Position numbers and translations under genes: made by a program
Shown here: positions 58,261 to 64,000 of the stretch, piece by piece
How positions within the stretch are numbered: the first letter of the stretch is position 1
Layout of the letters: each line of letters opens with the position of its first letter
Notes under the pieces: generated by a model
What the model saw: the letters and a program-made list of their open reading frames with translations, nothing else
What the model was told of the DNA's origin: nothing
Databases searched by the model: none
Source of the DNA: a virus
Direction: 5' to 3' (one strand)
IMG/VR virus record: IMGVR_UViG_3300025120_010481
Span: 1-64,000 of that record
DNA: 64,000 nucleotides

Positions 58261-58449
58261 TTAATTTTCCTCTATCTTGGTTTCACGAATAGTGTCACCA
58301 ATGATCCAAGTAACAACAAGCGTTACTACGCCAATAAGTTGGTCTTGATCAAGTGTCACTCCAAATAGATCGGATGCAACAACTGCCGCCAATCCAACAC
58401 TTGCTGCCCAAAAACGACGACTTGTAAGTAGTGATTTTACTTTACTCAT
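58261..58449 (-). CDS. Two-TM holin-like protein
   Basis: 62 aa; SRRFWA.. followed by two hydrophobic helices and a charged C-terminus. Confidence 0.55.
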   Translation of the reverse strand: MSKVKSLLTSRRFWAASVGLAAVVASDLFGVTLDQDQLIGVVTLVVTWIIGDTIRETKIEEN

Positions 58450-58457
58450 AACTTCTC

Positions 58458-58853
58458 CTAATTAAAAAACAATCTTTCTAAAAAACCTCTACGCTTTGGA
58501 TAAACATATATCTTAGCGTTCGGTTCGGAATACTCTAAATCTGACTCTACTACCTGTTCTTTTTTCCCATGATAAGGACACTGAGTAATGTGACCATCAC
58601 CCTGAATAATTTCGCCAGTACCACCGCAAATACATTTAGCTGGGTCTGGGTCTATACCTTTTGGAATATTAGGTTCTGGCTCAACGCCTAAAACCTGTAA
58701 CTCCGCTTCATCAAATGCTTCATTCACTTGTACTATAATAGCATTGATTTCGTCATTTGACATAACATTTTTTGGTAATTGTGGTTTTACTTGATAAAAA
58801 ACCATAAAAGCAATCAAGCCAGTCCCTACCATTAATTTTTTCGAAGTGTTCAT
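58458..58853 (-). CDS. Membrane-anchored protein with Cys/His metal-binding motif
   Basis: N-terminal TM; CICGGTG..GDGH..CPYH. Confidence 0.6.
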   Translation of the reverse strand: MNTSKKLMVGTGLIAFMVFYQVKPQLPKNVMSNDEINAIIVQVNEAFDEAELQVLGVEPEPNIPKGIDPDPAKCICGGTGEIIQGDGHITQCPYHGKKEQVVESDLEYSEPNAKIYVYPKRRGFLERLFFN

Positions 58854-59779
58854 TAAAATACCTCATCTATTGTATAATCAATTTCTCTAGCTGGGAATCC
58901 TTCTACGTTTGAGAATACCCATCCACCACCCTGAGATAACATTCCGCGAGCATCTTTCTCGCGAACCCAGAAACTTCCTTCTGGCTGTCCGTGAACTTTT
59001 GGCCCAAAGTTAAATATGCCCCAACTATTTTGAATAAGGAATAAAGTTTCGTTGAGGCGTTCTCGCGTATCATCACAGGCTATCCATGCCATATCGTGAT
59101 TCCAGCCCTTGCTTCGAGCAGCAATTCCGTTTTTGTCTCGCTTAGAGCTAAAACCGTAACCAGAACAAACGCCCAAAGCGTAACCATTTGCTAGTGCATC
59201 TCTAGCCTCTTCAACAGTCCTAATATTAGAAACAGTCTTGACTTGATGTTTTTGAGCTTCGTCACCATAAATTTGGCGAGGTATCATTTTTCTAGCCCCT
59301 AGTTTTGAATTGTAAACAGAAAGGTCTACCATTCCATAATCCTTGCGAATCAAAATCCCCCCTTGCTCGCTGACATATCTAGCAGCACCAGAGCATGTCA
59401 TCCCTTGCTCGCTCCAAGGTCTGGACTGATAAATGGCTTCAGTGGCTCCACGAGCAACAAAATCTTCTCTTTGACCATCAATGTCTATCTCAACCGCCCG
59501 TGTAACATCTATAGCGTTGCGTGTAGCGTGAGCCACGCAGTCTCCCGTTGTTTGTGCCTCACTTGGCCCGAATGTAGGGTCAAACTTTAAAAGCGATTTA
59601 AATGGCAATGAGAGCTTGCCTTCACCAGCACCAAAAAGATCGTGAGCGGCAGCACCAAAAACAGGCATTGGCAATTCACCTAAAAGTTTAGCTGTGTCTT
59701 CGTGATCACAAACACTCCCAATGAAACCACCCCTGTAATGATTTAAAATCTTTCTAGGTGACTTAAAGTTTAAGTCCAT
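58853..59779 (-). CDS. Papain-like (C1) cysteine peptidase
   Basis: QTTGDCVAHA (Q/C), NHDM (H), IQNSWG (N), GSFWV. Confidence 0.85.
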   Translation of the reverse strand: MDLNFKSPRKILNHYRGGFIGSVCDHEDTAKLLGELPMPVFGAAAHDLFGAGEGKLSLPFKSLLKFDPTFGPSEAQTTGDCVAHATRNAIDVTRAVEIDIDGQREDFVARGATEAIYQSRPWSEQGMTCSGAARYVSEQGGILIRKDYGMVDLSVYNSKLGARKMIPRQIYGDEAQKHQVKTVSNIRTVEEARDALANGYALGVCSGYGFSSKRDKNGIAARSKGWNHDMAWIACDDTRERLNETLFLIQNSWGIFNFGPKVHGQPEGSFWVREKDARGMLSQGGGWVFSNVEGFPAREIDYTIDEVF

Positions 59780-60818
59780 TTAATAGCTCCTTTGCTGAAT
59801 TTTCCCATGTAAATTTATTTGCTGTTTCTATACCTTGTGTGTTTGAGTGTTGACTGGCGGGGCGTTCAAAGTGATTGAGTCTCATGTGTTCTATTAGTGC
59901 GTCCTTTTCTTCCTGCTCAAACGAAGCCCAATAACCTTTACTTCCATCAAAAAACACGCCATCATATGCCCTTTCTCTTTTATTCATATTTATCAAAAAC
60001 GAATTGGCGGGGCTGCAAAACTCGGTGTGAGCAGAGTAATTTGTCGCAATAACGGATTTCCCACAAGCCATCATCTCTAGCAATTCTAAATTCCAACCCT
60101 CTGCTCTTGCTGGGAACACGCCACAATCTACTCTACGCATAATATTATACACATCTTCGTGAGTTTCTTGTCTCGGAATAAACTTTATCTTTTCGCCTAA
60201 TCTGGAGTTTTTATAAAGGTTTTTCCACTGATCGTTCATTTTCCCAATAAACGGATTGTCGCACATCATCCATAGCTCTACGTTGTCTTTTGGCTCAAAA
60301 GCCGCGTTAAAACATCGAAGTAAAACATCGTGACCTTTTCGAGTTTCCCATTTTCCGCAATTGAAAAATACTGTTTTATCGTCATTTCTCGAAGGTGCTG
60401 GTTTGAAAATCTCAGTATCTACCCCCAAAGGTACTACATGAATATCTTCTGGGTTTTTAATATTGTTTTCAATCAAAACTTCTTTAGCCCATTTTGAGCA
60501 AACAAAAAGCCTATCGCAATGCAACATGCTCAACTTTTCTTCATCGCTAAATTCTGTTAGCTCGAAGATGGGAAAGCCAATATGCTCCCCTTTTCCTATG
60601 TGGGCGTGAACATCGTTCTGATGCCACATTTTTACAGATGGAAATAAACTTGTACTTCCTCGATTTCCCAACCCTTTTGCAATATCGTCATCAGTAAATT
60701 CTGGCGTAGAAATAGGGTACAAAGCAGCGGATGGATGAATCTTTATAATCTTTTTAAAAATATTGTATCCAGCTACTCCATACCCCAAGCTATTTATTGG
60801 AGCTTGAAAATTTATCAT
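59763..60818 (-). CDS. GT4 glycosyltransferase
   Basis: LGYGVAG, GKWETRKG, PARAEGWNLELLEMMACG. Confidence 0.9.
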   Translation of the reverse strand: MINFQAPINSLGYGVAGYNIFKKIIKIHPSAALYPISTPEFTDDDIAKGLGNRGSTSLFPSVKMWHQNDVHAHIGKGEHIGFPIFELTEFSDEEKLSMLHCDRLFVCSKWAKEVLIENNIKNPEDIHVVPLGVDTEIFKPAPSRNDDKTVFFNCGKWETRKGHDVLLRCFNAAFEPKDNVELWMMCDNPFIGKMNDQWKNLYKNSRLGEKIKFIPRQETHEDVYNIMRRVDCGVFPARAEGWNLELLEMMACGKSVIATNYSAHTEFCSPANSFLINMNKRERAYDGVFFDGSKGYWASFEQEEKDALIEHMRLNHFERPASQHSNTQGIETANKFTWENSAKELLNGLKL

Positions 60819-60845
60819 TGCGTGCCCTTTGTTTGTTTTGTTATA

Positions 60846-60885
60846 AGCTAATAGTATTATAACTCAAAGGGTCGCTTAAAGCACA
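60846..60885 (-). promoter_or_regulatory. Promoter TGTGCT-N10-CTTTGA-N2-TATAATAC (copy 2)
   Basis: Matches 46414-46452; upstream of the GT4-peptidase-membrane-sigma operon. Confidence 0.7.
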
Positions 60886-60889
60886 TCAA

Positions 60890-61585
60890 TTATACTTCTT
60901 TTGTAATTTTCTTTCGCTCGTAGTTGTCTATGTAGAATCTAACCCTGTCTATGTTAGTTCCATGAATTGGCCCAACTATATACCTGTCGTTAAATCTTTC
61001 CAAAGCCGTACCAAAGCATATAACGCCTATTATTTTACCCTTGTAAAGAATTGGCCCGCCTGAGTCACCCTGTATAGCCCAAGAAAAAATAACGTGACCG
61101 TCTTGGGGGATTGAAGAGCCTGCGTATTTAGCGTTCCAGTGACGCAAGGAACCCGTTGCATATCCACACATTTCCACTTGCTCGCCACATTTTACTTTCT
61201 CGTCAGATATATTGCAAGTTTCCACTACTGGTATTTCGTCAGGTATAAGAGCCTCGATTAACGCGACATCATTATAGTTTTCAAACATGTACATAGAATT
61301 GTAAGCAACTATGCCTCCCTCAGATTTTTTTCCACCTGAGAAAAAGACATTAAACAAAGTACTTTTACCTTTAACGCAATGGCTGGCAGTAAGAATTAAA
61401 CCAATGTAATTTTCCCCAGCATCCTCAATAAATTTTACAACTGTACCAGAGCCTTGGAGTCCGTCACCTTGAAGTAAAACAACTCCCTTTTGATAATCTT
61501 TTTCTGGTGATATATCCCAACTTTGAGCTTGGCAAAACTGAGGAAATAAAACAAAACCTAAAAACAGAAAAAATAGCCTAAACAT
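60890..61585 (-). CDS. Secreted trypsin-like serine protease
   Basis: Signal peptide; LTASHC, DVALI, GDSGGP catalytic triad. Confidence 0.92.
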   Translation of the reverse strand: MFRLFFLFLGFVLFPQFCQAQSWDISPEKDYQKGVVLLQGDGLQGSGTVVKFIEDAGENYIGLILTASHCVKGKSTLFNVFFSGGKKSEGGIVAYNSMYMFENYNDVALIEALIPDEIPVVETCNISDEKVKCGEQVEMCGYATGSLRHWNAKYAGSSIPQDGHVIFSWAIQGDSGGPILYKGKIIGVICFGTALERFNDRYIVGPIHGTNIDRVRFYIDNYERKKITKEV

Positions 61586-61674
61586 AATATAACCTTTCTT
61601 TGTAAAACACACCAAAAGATTATACACACTTATTTTAAATATTTAGTTTTATATTTAAATTGACACCCTTTTCA

Positions 61675-62889
61675 TTATACAAACAACTCTTTTATAATTT
61701 TTCCTGAGTTTGCTATCTTCATAGGTCGCCCACCGTTGCTTGTATAAGTGGTCTCCAACGAAATGCCAAGAGCATTACAAATCGACACCATTACATCTTC
61801 CGAAGAGTGGCTTTCTGTTTCTACTTTTGTTCCGTCTTCGTTTGTTGAACCTACAGATATACCACCATTCATACCAGCCCCACCCACAACCACACTCCAG
61901 CTTCTTGCCCAGTGGTCTCGTCCGGCGTTCTGGTTGATTTGTGGTGTTCTACTAAACTCTCCCATCCATATGATAGCCGTGTCGTCAAGCAGTCCTCGCT
62001 GCTCTAGGTCTTCTATTAACGCACTCATGCCTTGGTCTAGCATGGGTAACTTTGTGTCTTTTAATGTTGGAAAAATATTCTGATGGTTGTCCCAGCCGTT
62101 TAGCCCGACCTCGATAAATGGAACGCCAACCTCAACAAGCCTTCTAGCCATTAGACATCCCTTGCCAAAGCTGTTGTCCCCGTATCGTTCCTTAACGGAA
62201 TCTGGCTCTACGTCCACCTTCATTGCGTCCATCTCACTACTGGTCAAAACATCAAATGTTTTTCGCAGTATCTTTTGATGTTCTTTAGCGAGAGACCCTC
62301 TATTGTTTTTTATGAAGTTGTTTTCCATTAAATGTAGGGCTTGTGCCCTTTGACGGAATCTATCATCTATTTTTAAGTCTAGATTTCTAATTCTACCATC
62401 GCTGTTTACCACGAACGGAGAATATTCAGCACCTAAAAATCCACCTCCAGCACTTGGCCCATTAACTGACACAAACTGAGGTATCAAAAGGTCTTCTCTC
62501 TCTAGCTCTTTAGAAAGAATAGCTCCGTAACTTGGGTGAACCATATTTGGATTAGGCACATAGCCTGTGTGCATGTAGTAACGACCCCGCATGTGGTCAG
62601 CTTCACGGGTACTCATGCTTCGCACAATAGCCATGTTGTGCATCTGCTTTGCCATTAGCGGCATATGCTCACAAATTTCTACATCTCCGGTTGTACTTAT
62701 GGGCTTGAATGGGCCACCAGTTGGTGCGTCTGGTTTTAAGTCCCATATGTCCATCGTTGACGGGCCACCTCCCATCCAGAGAAGTATGGCCGATTTGCCC
62801 TTTTTCTTTAATTCCTTCTCGTTAGCCTTGAGGGTTTGCGTTAAAGCGGCAAGCCCAGCTAGTGATGATAAAAACTGTCTTCTTTTCAT
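61675..62889 (-). CDS. DUF1501 family protein with Tat signal
   Basis: RRQFL; ILLWMGGGPS..D.WDLKP; GCLMARRLVE.GV; GWDNH; GEFSRTP; GRDHW. Confidence 0.92.
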   Translation of the reverse strand: MKRRQFLSSLAGLAALTQTLKANEKELKKKGKSAILLWMGGGPSTMDIWDLKPDAPTGGPFKPISTTGDVEICEHMPLMAKQMHNMAIVRSMSTREADHMRGRYYMHTGYVPNPNMVHPSYGAILSKELEREDLLIPQFVSVNGPSAGGGFLGAEYSPFVVNSDGRIRNLDLKIDDRFRQRAQALHLMENNFIKNNRGSLAKEHQKILRKTFDVLTSSEMDAMKVDVEPDSVKERYGDNSFGKGCLMARRLVEVGVPFIEVGLNGWDNHQNIFPTLKDTKLPMLDQGMSALIEDLEQRGLLDDTAIIWMGEFSRTPQINQNAGRDHWARSWSVVVGGAGMNGGISVGSTNEDGTKVETESHSSEDVMVSICNALGISLETTYTSNGGRPMKIANSGKIIKELFV

Positions 62890-62907
62890 TTTTCTTGTAT
62901 CCTTATC
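62832..62907. repeat. Direct repeat copy 1 (RBS + Tat-leader codons)
   Basis: 70/76 nt identical to 63581-63656. Confidence 0.92.
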
Positions 62908-62942
62908 CTGAATATTTTTGCTGTTGTTTTACTTTTACCGTG

Positions 62943-63638
62943 TTACTTGCGATTGTCAGGGTAGCGAAGAAACATGACTAAATCGTCACCGCACTCTGAA
63001 AGAGTAAGTTCACTGACTTCATTCTTTCCCGGTTTCATGTTCGCGATGTCATCGGGAGTTTCAATCTCCCCATTTGGCCCCGCTGAAACCACGCGAATGA
63101 ATTTGGATTCTGTTTGATTGATGATTCCGTCTTGGTCAAAATCGACCTGTAACTCAAGTTCATTTCCCCAACCATCCACGATTGTTGGTTCACCAGTTTC
63201 GTTTCGCCCCGTCGCACGCACATAGGGGCCATGCCAGCCAATTTTGTTGACCGGATCGTAGTTTTTAAGTTCGGGGGCGGCTTCTTCCATGTGGGCTGGT
63301 GCATCCTCTTTGAGGAGATCGTTGATTTCTCTTGGAAGAGCATTTGTCTTGTGTGACAGTGACTCAATAACACCGTCTTCCCCCGCCATCGCTTCACGAA
63401 CGGTATTCAGCGTAGCCTGCGTAGCAATTTCGACAGGGCTGTTGGACTCACCAGAAGGCGAGGTGATATCAATATTGTTAAACGTGGTGAATATGAGGGC
63501 GGTCGCGATTAAAATCACCAATACGACTAATAGTTCGAGGAGCGTCAAACCACGTTGATTTAAGTGATGACGCGATCCACGGGTTTGAGTTAAAGCAGCA
63601 AGTCCAGATAGCGATGATAAAAACTGTCTTCTTTTCAT
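62943..63638 (-). CDS. Chimeric prepilin/pseudopilin (type II secretion G-like) protein with a borrowed Tat leader
   Basis: RG|LTLLELLVVLVIL class III signal, GWHGPY, DGWGNE, VSAGPNG, DDLV; visibly GC-richer than its flanks. Confidence 0.8.
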   Translation of the reverse strand: MKRRQFLSSLSGLAALTQTRGSRHHLNQRGLTLLELLVVLVILIATALIFTTFNNIDITSPSGESNSPVEIATQATLNTVREAMAGEDGVIESLSHKTNALPREINDLLKEDAPAHMEEAAPELKNYDPVNKIGWHGPYVRATGRNETGEPTIVDGWGNELELQVDFDQDGIINQTESKFIRVVSAGPNGEIETPDDIANMKPGKNEVSELTLSECGDDLVMFLRYPDNRK

Positions 63639-63656
63639 TTTTCGTGTATCCTTATC
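63581..63656. repeat. Direct repeat copy 2 (RBS + Tat-leader codons)
   Basis: 70/76 nt identical to 62832-62907. Confidence 0.92.
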
Positions 63657-63692
63657 TTTATATTCCTGCTTATTTTTTATTTTGTAAATCCG

Positions 63693-63721
63693 TTAGCGTG
63701 TCAAACTGACACAATTACCAA
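63693..63721 (-). promoter_or_regulatory. Candidate bacterial-type SECIS hairpin
   Basis: After the UGA: lower stem UUGGU/GCUAA, upper stem GUGUC/GACAC, loop AGUUU with G at +21. Confidence 0.5.
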
Positions 63722-64000
63722 GCTCGTCACGACCAATATCTGGCTTTCCATTTAGGCCCCGGAGTTTCGCATTTATGCCTAGCTCTAAATGACTTTCTCC
63801 TAGCTGGATCAGACTTCTTGATTCTCATATTTGGATCGCCAAAGTTAACCTTTACTACGTTACCCTTTTCGTTTTTAACATAAACAGATCGTTTTTTCGG
63901 GCCATCTGGTGTTAGAAACGGTTTCCCTAGTTTAACTTTTCTACCTTGATATTCTGCTGCTCTTACGGGAACCAAGTTCCTGCCATCCTTTGTGTAAATA
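63715..64000 (-). CDS. Basic large-phage protein (RRKSFRARH..C..ARYWS motif), 5'-partial; possible Sec readthrough of UGA at 63727-63729
   Basis: Frame is open to the window end; TGG TCG TGA CGA GCT TGG TAA. Without readthrough the CDS ends at 63727. Confidence 0.7.

Noticed and set aside
13298-63558. Numerous 60-145 aa ORFs antisense to or nested in long genes (e.g. 13298-13735, 14850-15206, 38560-38880, 51160-51480, 61748-62083, 63035-63397)
   Set aside because: Shadow frames of well-supported genes, with Ser/Phe/Leu-rich composition and no recognisable motifs.
63693-63721. Hairpin as an intrinsic terminator
   Set aside because: There is no U-tract after the stem on either strand; it remains possible as a DNA operator (GTGTCA-N3-TGACAC).
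1-64000. Genome-wide stop-codon reassignment (TGA or TAG) as an explanation for the UGA at 63727
   Set aside because: Conserved genes are full length in code 11, and TGA/TAG terminate many genes at their natural ends, often as ATGA overlaps.
1-64000. tRNA, rRNA, transposase or integrase genes
   Set aside because: Intergenic gaps are short and none showed a cloverleaf or T-loop pattern by eye; no ORF has such motifs. A tRNAscan/Infernal run would be needed to be certain.

Overview
This 64 kb window is a gene-dense, AT-rich segment of a large tailed-phage genome read in standard code 11, with many ATGA/TAATG gene overlaps. A Planctomycetota host is inferred from a Tat-exported DUF1501 gene and a GC-rich prepilin-type gene. 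Layout: (1) + strand 1-7.3 kb, probable virion/tail proteins. (2) About 7.3-32.8 kb, a very large glycan-synthesis island with about 20 glycosyltransferase-like genes plus fcl, an NAD-dependent epimerase, a radical SAM/SPASM enzyme, methyltransferases and an NTP-transferase; the strand switches at about 12.48 kb. (3) - strand replication/recombination operon: SSB, a DnaE split into two intein-less genes with a DEDDh exonuclease between them, a Cas4-like nuclease, dNMP kinase, primase, DnaB and RecA. (4) PhoH, a 5'-nucleotidase and nrdAB. (5) A sigma-70-family factor, a membrane-protein/holin-like cluster, three classes of protease, DUF1501 and a captured pilin. Top leads: an in-frame UGA at a probable conserved Cys position (RYWS-UGA-RAW-stop) followed by a SECIS-like hairpin, i.e. 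a candidate phage selenoprotein; two genes each inserted between duplicated translation-initiation regions, one creating a Tat-leader/prepilin chimera; the split DnaE; and an unannotated rubredoxin-like micro-ORF coupled to nrdB. No tRNA, rRNA, CRISPR array, intein or transposase was recognised. Family assignments come from motif recognition by eye, not from database searches.
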